A stretch of DNA of 64,000 nucleotides from Deltaproteobacteria bacterium HGW-Deltaproteobacteria-14 (GTDB lineage: Bacteria; Myxococcota_A; UBA9042; PHBI01), in the NCBI GenBank assembly GCA_002841945.1, contig PHBI01000012.1, positions 4,169-68,168 of the forward strand. The letters run 5' to 3'. The first letter of the stretch is position 1. Each line of letters starts with the position of its first letter. Below are positions 18,740 to 27,659 of this stretch, one piece after another. A program made the translations under genes and the position numbers. The notes under the pieces were generated by a model that worked only from the letters and a program-made list of their open reading frames with translations, was not told where the DNA came from and ran no database searches.

Positions 18740-19957
18740 CTACAGCTCTTGAACGGTCGCCGTCGGCTGCTCGCCTCGCAGGCGGGCGCGGAGGTCCGCG
18801 AGGGCGACCTCGTGGCCGACGTCACGGTGGGCGGCCTCCGACATGTACCATTTGTGCTCGAGGAGCTGGCAGTAGAGCTCGGCGGGCTCGTCGCGGGCGG
18901 CGTCGTCGCGGAGGGCGGCGACGGTGGGGGAGAAGCGGGTCTCGAGCCAGCGGTAGGCGGCGGCGCCGAGGCTGACGCTGCGATCCTTGGCGCCGGCGAT
19001 GGTGGCTCGGATCTGCTGGATCTCGTTGACCATCTGCTGAGCCTGGAGCTCCTGGACCTCGAGGCCGGTGAGCGAGTGGAGCAGGCGCCTGTTGAAGCTG
19101 CGGTCGGTGACCACGACCCGCAGACGGAGCCGTTGGCGATCGCTCGCGGAGCGGGTCAGGGCGACCTCGCCGACGCTGAACCCCAGGGCGTTCAGCGCCC
19201 GGACCCGCTCGGTGATGCGGTAGTGCTCCTCGGGGCCGAGCTCGTCGATGCGGCTGACCTCGTGCCACAGGCCGTCGTAGCGACGGCGGATGTCGGCGGC
19301 TAGCTCGAGGGCTGGGTAGTCCTCGGGCAGCGCCCCCATGGCGACCAGGTCGAGCAGACCGCCGGCGACGTTCTCCTCCATGAGATCGAGGTCCGCGTCG
19401 CGGGTGGTGGCGTCGAGGGTGTCGCGGATGAGCGACGTCTCCGCGTCGACGAGGACCGCCTGCAGCGTCCCGGCGTCGCGGAGAAAGAGCGTGTTGAAGA
19501 GCGAGCAGTCGCCCCAGTAGACCCCGGCGAGGTGGAGCTGCACGAGGAGGCCGGCCATCGCGTCGAGGAGGTGATCGCGGTAGCGGCTGAGCGAGCTCTG
19601 CAGAAAGAGCGAGTGGTAGGGCAGGGAGTAGCTCAGGTAGCGGGTGACGAGCACGCTGCCGTCGCCTTCGTCGGTGGTCACGGTGACGTGGCCGACCGGC
19701 GCCACGACCGGGAGCTGGCGCTCCTCCATCTCGCGCAGGAGCTGGAATTCGTGCTCGGCCTGACCCGGGGGCATGGCCTTGAGCGCGTAGGCGCGGCCGT
19801 CGTAGTCGACGAAGACGACCGGGTGGCGGGCCTCGCCGCGGGGCAGGTCCTCGACGCGTGCGCACTCGCCCGCCCACGCGCCCAGCGGCAGGTGCCAGGG
19901 GAGGTCGAGGAAGTCGGGGTGACCGGGGCGGAGGTGTGAAGACTGGAGGCCGTTCAT
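18740..19957 (-). CDS. Protein-kinase-like-fold protein of the DUF4032/Kdo-RIO-like atypical kinase type.
   Basis: The long track ORF is trimmed to ATG 19957 (MNGLQSS...). Beta-strand with Lys VVFVDYDGRAYALK. Catalytic-loop-like HLAGVYWGDCSLFN (D-x4-N). The motif VLVDAETS is DFG-like. Confidence 0.65.
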   Translation of the reverse strand: MNGLQSSHLRPGHPDFLDLPWHLPLGAWAGECARVEDLPRGEARHPVVFVDYDGRAYALKAMPPGQAEHEFQLLREMEERQLPVVAPVGHVTVTTDEGDGSVLVTRYLSYSLPYHSLFLQSSLSRYRDHLLDAMAGLLVQLHLAGVYWGDCSLFNTLFLRDAGTLQAVLVDAETSLIRDTLDATTRDADLDLMEENVAGGLLDLVAMGALPEDYPALELAADIRRRYDGLWHEVSRIDELGPEEHYRITERVRALNALGFSVGEVALTRSASDRQRLRLRVVVTDRSFNRRLLHSLTGLEVQELQAQQMVNEIQQIRATIAGAKDRSVSLGAAAYRWLETRFSPTVAALRDDAARDEPAELYCQLLEHKWYMSEAAHRDVGHEVALADLRARLRGEQPTATVQEL

Positions 19958-19965
19958 GGCGGCAA

Positions 19966-19989
19966 GAGTAACTCCGAACCGAGTTACTC
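19966..19989. promoter_or_regulatory. Palindromic candidate operator GAGTAACTC-N6-GAGTTACTC immediately upstream of the kinase-like gene.
   Basis: Perfect 9-bp inverted repeat with a 6-bp spacer, 9-32 nt upstream of ATG 19957. It has the same GTAACT-N8-AGTTAC architecture as the site at 56332..56353. Confidence 0.45.
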
Positions 19990-20126
19990 CAAGCGGCGTC
20001 TTCGTGACGCCTCGCGGGCGCCCCAAAGACAAAGGGCCGGCACTGGAGTGTGCCGGCCCTCTGTGAGGCTCCGAGGAGCCGCTGCGGACTCCGGTCCGCG
20101 CCCTGCCGTTTCAGGTCAGCGGCGCG

Positions 20127-20155
20127 GGGACAAGCACGCGCGCGTGCTCGTCCCC
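20127..20155 (-). terminator. Hairpin terminator candidate after the CBM lipoprotein gene.
   Basis: GGGGACAAGCACGCG/CGCGTGCTCGTCCCC, a 14-bp stem with one mismatch and no loop, beginning 9 nt downstream of the stop at 20164. A second hairpin GGGCCGGCAC-TGGAGT-GTGCCGGCCC lies at 20034..20059. Confidence 0.5.
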
Positions 20156-20163
20156 GAAGTCTG

Positions 20164-21939
20164 CTAGGGCGCGGTGATGAACGTGTTCTTGTCACCGTCG
20201 GTCTGGGACTCGACGGTCACGGAGGCCCAATCACCGGCGGCCGGCTTGACGTAGGCGGCGACGCCGGTGGCGTCCGCGGCCCCGTCGGCCTTGTACTCGA
20301 CGGCGTCGAGCACGAACACGAACTGGGGCTGCTGGCCGCTGGACAGCAGGCCGTCGTGCTTGCCGGTGTTCTCCGACAGCACGAAGGTCCAGATGCCGTC
20401 GGCGGCCGTCACGTCGCCCTTGGTGCCGTCATCGGTCATGGTGACCTCGCCCCAGGCCCACGCGCTGCCCTTGACCTTGAAGCTCGTGCTGCCCGCGAAC
20501 AGCGACGAGACGTTCGCCGCGTCGATGGTCAGGCGCATGTCGATCTCGCCAAAGGCCCCGATGGTCAGGCCCTGGGCGTCGATCGCGGTGGTGGCGCCCG
20601 CCGTGACCGTGAAGGCGCCGTTGCCGCCAACCCAGATCCAGTCGCCCGCCGCCGGGGCGACGTAGTTGCGCACGAGGCCGTAGCCGAACTCCTGCTCGGC
20701 CGCGTTCGAGACCCACACCGTGACGCCCCAGATGTGGTCGCCAGCGACGGAGCCGGCCGGCTCGTGGCCGCCCGCGTCCCAGGCGCCGTCATCGTAGAGC
20801 GGGACGTACGGCCCACCCCACGAGTTGTCGAAGGCGAGGACGCGGGTGGTCTCGTCGTAGTTGAACGAGCCCTTCCACGCCATGGCGTCGCTGGCCTCGT
20901 AGGTCTGGTTAGCCGAGTCGTCGACCTTGAAGTTGACGGCGACGGTGTCGGCCGGCGGGACGAACGCCGCGGCGGCGACCTTCACGTAGGTGTTCTTGTC
21001 ACCGTCGGGGTAGTTCTGGATCGCGGCCGGCTGGAAGCCCGCGCCGGTGTTGAGGAAGGCGTTGACGCCGTCGGTCGGAGGCGCGCCGTCGACCTTGTAC
21101 TCGACGCCGTCGAGCACGAAGACGAAGGGCGCCTCGGCGCCGGAGACGAGGAGGCCCGTGTGCTTGGTCAGGTTCTCCGAGAGCACGAAGGTGTAGATCT
21201 CGTCGCCCGCGGTGTCGTCGCCCTTGGTGGCGTCGTCGGTCATCTCGACCTCGACCCAACCCCAGGCGCCGCCCTTGACCTTGACGGTGGTGTACGAGCC
21301 GGTGCCGAGGTCGAAGGCGCCGCCGAGGTTCGCGCCGCTGTCGCTGACGTCGATCGTGAGCTTGAGGTCGGTCGTGCCGAAGGCGGGGATGACGAGGCCG
21401 GTCGCGGTCACGGTGCCGGTCTCGCCGGCGGTGATCGTGACGCTGCCGTTGGTGCCCTGCCAGATCCACTGGCCGTCCGAGCCGTCCACGGAGCCGCTGA
21501 TGGCGCCGTAGCCGAACTCCTGGTCGGCCTCGGGGGTCGCGAAGAGGATGCCGCAGGTCCAGATGTGGTCCCCGGCGGTCGCGTCGCCGTGGGTGCCGTC
21601 ATCGTAGAGCATCGGGAAGGGGCCGCCCCAGCTGTTGTCGAACGCGACGATGTTGGTCGCCGCGTCGTAGGCGAAGGAGCCCTTCCAGGCGAGGCCGTCG
21701 GTCGCGTCGTAGGTGCCGTTGGCGCTGTCGTCGATGGTGAAGACGAGCGTGGCGTAGTCGCTCGTCACGTTCGTGTCGGTCTCGACGTTGGTGTCCGCGG
21801 AGGTGTCGCCACCGGTGTCGCTCGTGACGGTGTCGGTCGTCGACGTGTCAGTCGCGGGCTTCGGGTCGTCGCCACACGCTGCGAAGAGCGTCATGGCTCC
21901 CGCGGCGAGCAGCAGAGTGATGGAGTTGAAAAGACGCAT
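20164..21939 (-). CDS. Non-catalytic lipoprotein with two tandem CBM20-like (starch-binding-like) beta-sandwich modules.
   Basis: Start trimmed to ATG 21939 with RBS GGAGGA. Signal MRLFNSITLLLAAGAMTLFAACGDDPKPATDT (lipobox plus D/T linker). Internal duplication of about 250 aa: DDSANGTYDATDGLAWKGSFAYD...DDGTHGDATAGDHIWT repeats as DDSANQTYEASDAMAWKGSFNYD...AGSVAGDHIWG. No catalytic motifs. Confidence 0.8.
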   Translation of the reverse strand: MRLFNSITLLLAAGAMTLFAACGDDPKPATDTSTTDTVTSDTGGDTSADTNVETDTNVTSDYATLVFTIDDSANGTYDATDGLAWKGSFAYDAATNIVAFDNSWGGPFPMLYDDGTHGDATAGDHIWTCGILFATPEADQEFGYGAISGSVDGSDGQWIWQGTNGSVTITAGETGTVTATGLVIPAFGTTDLKLTIDVSDSGANLGGAFDLGTGSYTTVKVKGGAWGWVEVEMTDDATKGDDTAGDEIYTFVLSENLTKHTGLLVSGAEAPFVFVLDGVEYKVDGAPPTDGVNAFLNTGAGFQPAAIQNYPDGDKNTYVKVAAAAFVPPADTVAVNFKVDDSANQTYEASDAMAWKGSFNYDETTRVLAFDNSWGGPYVPLYDDGAWDAGGHEPAGSVAGDHIWGVTVWVSNAAEQEFGYGLVRNYVAPAAGDWIWVGGNGAFTVTAGATTAIDAQGLTIGAFGEIDMRLTIDAANVSSLFAGSTSFKVKGSAWAWGEVTMTDDGTKGDVTAADGIWTFVLSENTGKHDGLLSSGQQPQFVFVLDAVEYKADGAADATGVAAYVKPAAGDWASVTVESQTDGDKNTFITAP

Positions 21940-22260
21940 GGGTTGAAAATTCCTCCTCTCAGGGGGCGAGGCGGCTCGTCCGTCATACCGGGACGGGGCG
22001 ACGTGCCCCATCGTAACGTGACCTCCGGCTTGGTCGCGGGGACGACCACATCGCTGCCGGGATCGGGGCGCATTATTCGCGACGACAACGCTGGAATCAA
22101 GATTGCCGGGCCGATCCGCCCCCAAAGCGTGACGTAGCGGCGAGTCACGCCCGCGGCCGGGCCGTAACCTGCTGTTTCTAAAGCATAGCGAAAGGTGGTG
22201 CCGCGGGTCGCCGCGCGACCCATCGGGTGCGCTCGGGGGGGTGACGTCGCTCGCCGTGAC

Positions 22261-23248
22261 TCAGTTCTGATCGCCGCCGGGTGAGGTGGGAGCGATCGGG
22301 ATCGTCGCGGTCACCGGGATCACCGCCGACGCGCCCTGGCTCGCTTCGCCAGCGGTCAGGCGCAGAGACGCCGCGTCACCGGCCACGCTCAGCACCGTGG
22401 CGGTCCCGATCGCCACCCCGGCGGCGTCCACGACGGTGACGAGCTGGCCGGCGGCGAGCTCGCCGTCACGGACCGGGGACGCGGTCAGCAGCGCCCCCTG
22501 GGCGAAGGCGACCGGGATCCCGGTCGGCCGCGGCCGATCACCGCTCGGGTAGGCGAGGGGGACCGGTCGGGCGGGGACCACCTCCTCGGTCGCGTCGAGC
22601 ACGGGCGGGCCGGCGCCGACGAGGTGGCAGCGCGCGTCGTCCCAGACGTGACAGTCTCCGCCCGACGGGGCCACCTGGCGCACGCGCCCCTCACCGGTCG
22701 TCGACGTGGCCATCACCGCGACCAACACCCCGGCGATGTGCGGCGGGATGTCGCGGGCGTGAAACGACGCGCGGAGCGTGTGCCCGCTGCTGACGACGTG
22801 GGTGGGGCGGAGGACGTCGCCGCCGTCGTTGTCGCGGAGCGACGAGATCACCAGCACCCAGTCCCAGGCCTCGGCGGCAGGGACGTCGAAGCCGCGGCCC
22901 GGGAGCGCCGCGATATGCCCCGCGCCGGGCACCGAGTCGAGGTAGACGTCGACCGTCTGCGGCCAGAGATCCACCGCCAGGTCCTCGGCGAGTCGGACGT
23001 CGCGGAGCCTGCGCACCGGCGCGGCGAAGGTCACCTCGGCGACCACCTCGTCGCCCTCGCGCCACAGGGTGAAGCGCTCGAGGTCGAATGTGCCGGCGCG
23101 AATATCCGCCGCGTCGGGGTGGACGAGCCGCACGTCCCCCTCGGGGTCCGCGAGGTCCACCAGGACGGTGCGCGGTTGCGTCGCGCAGGCAGAGGTCCAG
23201 AGAGTACCCAGCAGGCACGTAAATATAGCGCGCCATACAATGCTGCAA
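22261..23248 (-). CDS. Putative lipoprotein with a glucodextranase-C-like domain. Start uncertain.
   Basis: Continuous protein-like ORF. Probable TTG/GTG start near 23248 gives (M)RCSIVWRAIFTCLLGTLWTSACA. The region DLADPEGDVRLVHPDAADIRAGTFDLERFTLW resembles the DPxGDDxGPGxYTYP...FDL motif seen in 26741..27571 and at the C-terminus of the 15984 amylase. Confidence 0.55.
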
Positions 23249-23303
23249 CGCAACGCGCGCGGGGCAGTGAGGCCTCGCGCGCGCGGCTGGCGGGGGGCGC
23301 CGA

Positions 23304-24824
23304 TCACTCGGGGCAGGGGATGGTCACCGGCGACGACGTGCCCGGGCTCGGGTAGCCGTCGAGGACGCAGTCCTTGTCGAAGTCGACCATGTTCTCGAGG
23401 GTGTCGTCGACGCAGGTCGTCTTGCGGCCGCCTTCGATCGCCGCCGCGATCTCGCTCGCCCACAGGACCGTGCCGCAGCCGCCCTTGTTGGGTGCCCGCA
23501 GGTTCGAGGCGTCCTTGTTGGTCGTCTCGTCGCCGTAGAAGTCGCGCCGCACGATCATGTGGTCGCCGTTGACGTCACGCAGCTCGAGGATGCGCTGGTT
23601 GCCCGGCCACTCCTCGGTGCCGGTCCAGAGGTGCCCCGGCGTCCCCCAGGTGTACTTGTAGGACACGCGCACCCACTTGTTGTCGGGCGCGCCCGCGTCG
23701 AACCACGGCAGCACGAGCGCGAAGGTCCAGATGTTGTCGCCGGCGACCTCGTCGCCGTTCTTGCCGTCGTCGAACATCGGGATCAGGTTCGGGCTCCAGT
23801 TGCCGAGGAGCTGGCTGGCGGCGTCGAAGACGTCGCTCTCGAGGCACGGCGCCGGGTCGCTGTCGCAGTTCGGCGTGGACTCGTGGAGAGACCCGACGAT
23901 GAACATCTGCTTCTCGGGCAGGTCCTCGGTCCACTTCCAGCGGTTGATGGTCGCGCAGTTGCGGTCGACGCCGCCGTCGTTGAAGTCGACCATGAAGACG
24001 ACGCGGATGGTGTCGGGGCTGTAGCAGACGTTGAACTCGAGGGCGCCGATGGCGGTCATGAGCGCGGCGTCGAAGGCGGCCGAGTCGCCGTCGGGGGTGC
24101 CGTCGTTGTCGTAGTCGACGGTCGCCGACAGCGCCGTGGCGTCGAGGTAGCTGGCGCCCGTGGCCGGGAAGGGGGCGAACGCCTCCTTGGTGGTGGCGCC
24201 GCTCGCCACGAGGCGCTCGACCATGGCGACGAAGGGGCCTACCCGCGCGTCGTCCGAGCCGATGAGGGTCTCGATCTCCTCGAGGGCGCTCACGAGCGCG
24301 CTCGGAGAGATGGCCCCGAGCGTGCTCGCCGGGTTCGCGTAGCGCTGCTTGGCGAGCAGCAGCAGGGTCGCCGCGGTCGAGCGGGCGCCGAGGTCGTCCA
24401 TGAACGGCACGGCGCGCGCGTTGCCGGCGTCGTCGGGGAGGTCGGTCCCGAGGGTCACGCTGATGCTCGCGTCGTAGACCGTCGCCTTCGCGGGGACCTG
24501 CGGGACGAGGCCGAGGACGTTGACCGAGCTGGAGCTCACCGACACGATGAGGTTCGTGTAGGCCTGCGCCGCCGGGAACTCGGTGGCGAAGGCGCCGCCG
24601 TCGCCGGTGGTGGTCGCCTGGTCCTCGAGCCGCGTGCCGGCCGGCCCGTAGAACTTGACCGACGCGTTCGCCGCGAGCGCCGTGGAGACGCCGCTGACCG
24701 TGTTGGTCCCTGCGTCGGGGGGCTGGGTGAAGTCGCTCGTGGTGAGCCCGCCCCACACCTGGGGATCGAGTCCGCACCCTGCAAGGAGCATCAGGCTCAT
24801 GCCGATCGCGTAGCGCTTCACCAC
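23304..24824 (-). CDS. Lipoprotein with a CBM20-like starch-binding domain and no recognisable catalytic motifs.
   Basis: Signal MVKRYAIGMSLMLLAGCG. CBM20-like LGNWSPNLIPMFDDGKNGDEVAGDNIWTFALVLP...VRVSYKYTWGTPGHLWTGTEEWPGNQRILE, which parallels the GH57 C-terminus. Its start overlaps the upstream gene end by 7 nt. Confidence 0.8.
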   Translation of the reverse strand: MVKRYAIGMSLMLLAGCGLDPQVWGGLTTSDFTQPPDAGTNTVSGVSTALAANASVKFYGPAGTRLEDQATTTGDGGAFATEFPAAQAYTNLIVSVSSSSVNVLGLVPQVPAKATVYDASISVTLGTDLPDDAGNARAVPFMDDLGARSTAATLLLLAKQRYANPASTLGAISPSALVSALEEIETLIGSDDARVGPFVAMVERLVASGATTKEAFAPFPATGASYLDATALSATVDYDNDGTPDGDSAAFDAALMTAIGALEFNVCYSPDTIRVVFMVDFNDGGVDRNCATINRWKWTEDLPEKQMFIVGSLHESTPNCDSDPAPCLESDVFDAASQLLGNWSPNLIPMFDDGKNGDEVAGDNIWTFALVLPWFDAGAPDNKWVRVSYKYTWGTPGHLWTGTEEWPGNQRILELRDVNGDHMIVRRDFYGDETTNKDASNLRAPNKGGCGTVLWASEIAAAIEGGRKTTCVDDTLENMVDFDKDCVLDGYPSPGTSSPVTIPCPE

Positions 24825-26734
24825 CCCACCTCCAGGCTCGCCTTCGACCGGATGACGTGGAAGAGCCGGTTGTCATCGCGCTCGCGCTGAGCGTCCTTGT
24901 ACATGTACTCGAGCTGATACTTCAGAGTGAAGCCGTCGAAGGTGTAGCTCATCGCCAACCAAGGCCGCACCTTGGTCGTCGTGTCGTCACCGTAGCCCTG
25001 CTCGATGGTCCCGCGGCGGTTGTCCTCCTGCCAGTAGTCGAACTGACCGCCGACGGTGAGGCTCAGCCCGTCGGCCGCCGGGTACGTCAGCCAGAGCCGG
25101 GTCATCGACATCAGGCCGAGGTAGTCGTCGGCGGCCGTGGTGTCGCTGCGGTCGTCCTTGTCCCAGATGAACTTGGTCTTGAGGCCGACGTCGAGGCCAT
25201 TGCCGAGGCGGGTGTGCCACAGGCCCTTGAGCACGGCGATGGCGCTCATGCGGTCCTGGTTCTTGCGAAAGACGCTGCGCGGGTCGCGTCCGCGGTCGTA
25301 GACGTTGGCGTAGTCGTAGAGGTCGGTGTCGGTGAAGCCGTCGGTGTGCAGGAAGTCGGGGTACTTCGTGTCGACGTCGCGGTTCTGGGCGTTCGTGTTG
25401 TAGGTCAGGAACGTCCCCTCGAGGCTCATCTCGATGTCCGATTGGTAGCCGAGGATGGCCGTCGCGCCGTGCCAGCCGATGATCGTCTCGTACCAGGCCT
25501 CGTCGAAGTCGACGAACTCGTTGGCGCTGTTGAGCGTCGGGATCTGCCCGCCCTCGACGAACCCGTCGGTCAAGAGCACGTCGGCCTCGCGGCGGGCGCC
25601 GAAGATGGTCTGGAAGTGCTGGCCGATGTTGAAGTACTCGAGCTGCAGGTTGACGTTGGGGGCGATGTCGTAGAGCTCGGCCCGGACGCGGGCGAAGGCG
25701 CCGAACATGCTCGGGTCGTACACCAGCGGGAAGACGCCGTTGTTGAGGAGCACGCCGTTGCCAGCCGCAGCGGTGTTGATGTTCTGGTAGCTCGCGCCGA
25801 CGAGCACGTTGAACGAGCCGCCGTCCCAGGTGTCGATCTGGGTCTCGAGGGTCCCGACGATGTTGGTGTAGCGGTCGGTCCAGTCGACCGCGCCGTTGCG
25901 CTCGCAGCCGGGGATGGCGTTGCCGAGCTCGTCGGTGCAGCTCGCGTTGTTGGAGCCCACGGCGTCGGGGTCGTTCAGGTCGATCTCGCTGTCGACCGTC
26001 GCGGTCCCGATCGCCGTGACCTTGATGCCGTCGTAGACGTCGCTCTCGAGCTTGAGGCCGTACGCCCAGTCCTGGGAGTAGAACGGGAGCCGGACGTTGG
26101 CGTCGCCAACGCCCGTCGACCAGTTCGGCCCGACCCACAGCTTGGGCAGCGCGATGATACCGGCGTGAAAGCGCAGGTAGTCCTCGTCGAAGGCGCCCTG
26201 CACGAAGATGCCCTTGCCGTTGTCGCGGTCGATGTAGCGGACCTTGCCGATGGTCCACTCGTTGAACATGCCGAGGTCGCTCGAGCCGACCAGCACGTTG
26301 TCGAGGAACGGGATGGGCAGCTGCGCCTGGATCCAGTACCCGCGCAGCTTCATGTACTGCGCCCGGTTCATGCCGAGGCTCTCGCCCGAGGTGTTCTCGG
26401 CGTCATACGAGATGTCGCCGTTCTCCCACCAGTCCTGCCAGAGCGCGCCGAAGCGGCTCTTGATGCGTACACCGGCCTGGACCTTGTCGCCGACGCGGCC
26501 CTTGATGTTGAGTTCGAACTCCGTGCCCACCCCGTTGTCGCCGGACATGTTGTCCGGCCAGAAGGGGTTGCCCAGCGAGAGCACCCCGGAGGTGTCGTTG
26601 TTGCGGTAGAGCCACTTGGTGTAGATCTTACCGTACAGCTCGAAGTTCTTCGTCTCCGCGTGGGCCAGGGTGGAGAACCCCAGGAGCCCGGCCGCTGGGA
26701 GCGCGAGGGCGAGGAAGAGGCGCGATGTACGCAT
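24818..26734 (-). CDS. Outer-membrane beta-barrel protein, a candidate alpha-glucan/maltodextrin porin.
   Basis: 638 aa. Signal peptide MRTSRLFLALALPAAGLLGFSTLAHA. Abundant amphipathic beta-strand patterns. C-terminal ...FHVIRSKASLEVGW ends in an aromatic residue. Lies 6 bp after 26741..27571 and overlaps 23304..24824. Confidence 0.8.
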   Translation of the reverse strand: MRTSRLFLALALPAAGLLGFSTLAHAETKNFELYGKIYTKWLYRNNDTSGVLSLGNPFWPDNMSGDNGVGTEFELNIKGRVGDKVQAGVRIKSRFGALWQDWWENGDISYDAENTSGESLGMNRAQYMKLRGYWIQAQLPIPFLDNVLVGSSDLGMFNEWTIGKVRYIDRDNGKGIFVQGAFDEDYLRFHAGIIALPKLWVGPNWSTGVGDANVRLPFYSQDWAYGLKLESDVYDGIKVTAIGTATVDSEIDLNDPDAVGSNNASCTDELGNAIPGCERNGAVDWTDRYTNIVGTLETQIDTWDGGSFNVLVGASYQNINTAAAGNGVLLNNGVFPLVYDPSMFGAFARVRAELYDIAPNVNLQLEYFNIGQHFQTIFGARREADVLLTDGFVEGGQIPTLNSANEFVDFDEAWYETIIGWHGATAILGYQSDIEMSLEGTFLTYNTNAQNRDVDTKYPDFLHTDGFTDTDLYDYANVYDRGRDPRSVFRKNQDRMSAIAVLKGLWHTRLGNGLDVGLKTKFIWDKDDRSDTTAADDYLGLMSMTRLWLTYPAADGLSLTVGGQFDYWQEDNRRGTIEQGYGDDTTTKVRPWLAMSYTFDGFTLKYQLEYMYKDAQRERDDNRLFHVIRSKASLEVGW

Positions 26735-26740
26735 GATGTG

Positions 26741-27571
26741 TCAGCCTTCGGGGTAGACCATCTGCAGGACGGCGCGGGTCCCGCTGCCGTCGGGGTTGCA
26801 CTTGAAGGTGCCGAGCATCTTGTGCTGAGCGTCCTTTTCGGACTTGTCGCCCTGGGCCTTGCCGGCGATGAGATCCATGACGTGCGGGTCGCAGTCGTAG
26901 TCGGAGCCGCCGCCGAAGCGGTGCTGGCCGCCGAACTCGTTGACCTTGCGGGTCAGGAGATCGGTCTTGTCGGGGAAGCCCTCGTTCGACTGCATCAGCA
27001 CCTGGAAGCCCCACTGCTTGGAGAGGTCGGCGCCGAGGTCCTTCTTGGCGAAGCGGGCGACGAGCTTGCGGCCGCGCACGCTCACCGTCGTCGGGATGAG
27101 GATGTCCTTCTTCATCGCCGCGGCCTTGGCGGAGACCTCGGCCTGCACCCGGGTGCGCCCCTGGGGGCTGATGACGAGCGCCTTGTCCCAGCGCTGGTCG
27201 TCGGCGAAGGTGACGTTGAAGCCGGGCAGCCCGTCCTTGTAGCCGCTGCCGGCCTTGTGGTCGGTGTCGATGTGGATGACGATCATCTGGAGCGAGAAGC
27301 CGTTGCCGTCCCAGGCCCGGGAGTCCCACGGGTCGTCGATCTTGGCCTTGACGGTGACCGAGACCTCGACGGTGTCGCCCTTGTCGGCGATCTCGACGTC
27401 GGTCAGGTCGAAGGAGCCGGGGGTGTACACGGCGTCGGTCGGGTAGGTGTACTGCCCGGGGCCGTCATCGTCGCCCTTGGGGTCCTCGAAAGAGATCGTC
27501 TCGCCAGCGAGCGCGAGCCCGCCGTACATGACCATGACCAGTGTCAGGGAACCGGTGATGAGCTTCTTCAC
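26741..27571 (-). CDS. Secreted protein with a glucodextranase-C-like (Glucodextran_C-like) domain.
   Basis: Signal MKKLITGSLTLVMVMYGGLALAGE. Motif EDPKGDDDGPGQYTYPTDAVYTPGSFDLTDVEI, which recurs in the 15984 amylase C-terminus and in the 22261 gene. First gene of a minus-strand operon. Confidence 0.75.
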   Translation of the reverse strand: MKKLITGSLTLVMVMYGGLALAGETISFEDPKGDDDGPGQYTYPTDAVYTPGSFDLTDVEIADKGDTVEVSVTVKAKIDDPWDSRAWDGNGFSLQMIVIHIDTDHKAGSGYKDGLPGFNVTFADDQRWDKALVISPQGRTRVQAEVSAKAAAMKKDILIPTTVSVRGRKLVARFAKKDLGADLSKQWGFQVLMQSNEGFPDKTDLLTRKVNEFGGQHRFGGGSDYDCDPHVMDLIAGKAQGDKSEKDAQHKMLGTFKCNPDGSGTRAVLQMVYPEG

Positions 27572-27659
27572 GTCTACCCCCTCAGGAGCGCTGCGCTCTC
27601 GCGATGCTTGGGTCGATCCGGAGGGCCGCCCGCCACAGGGACAAGGGGGACCCGCCTGA

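Noticed and set aside
16018-18752. Long ORFs 16018..17640(-), 16695..18752(+), 17707..18297(-) and 18822..20195(-) overlapping the amylase and kinase-like genes.
   Set aside because: Same reasoning. The amylase frame carries GH13 motifs and a lipobox; the alternatives are low-complexity Arg/Gly/Asp runs.
22120-22143. GCGTGAC-N10-GTCACGC inverted repeat and an AT-rich patch (TGTTTCTAAAGCATAGCGAAAGG) in the 320-bp region upstream of the 20164 CBM lipoprotein gene, as a specific operator.
   Set aside because: It does not match the GTAAC/GTTAC sites found elsewhere and I could not find a second copy. It is probably just the promoter region, noted but not promoted to a feature.
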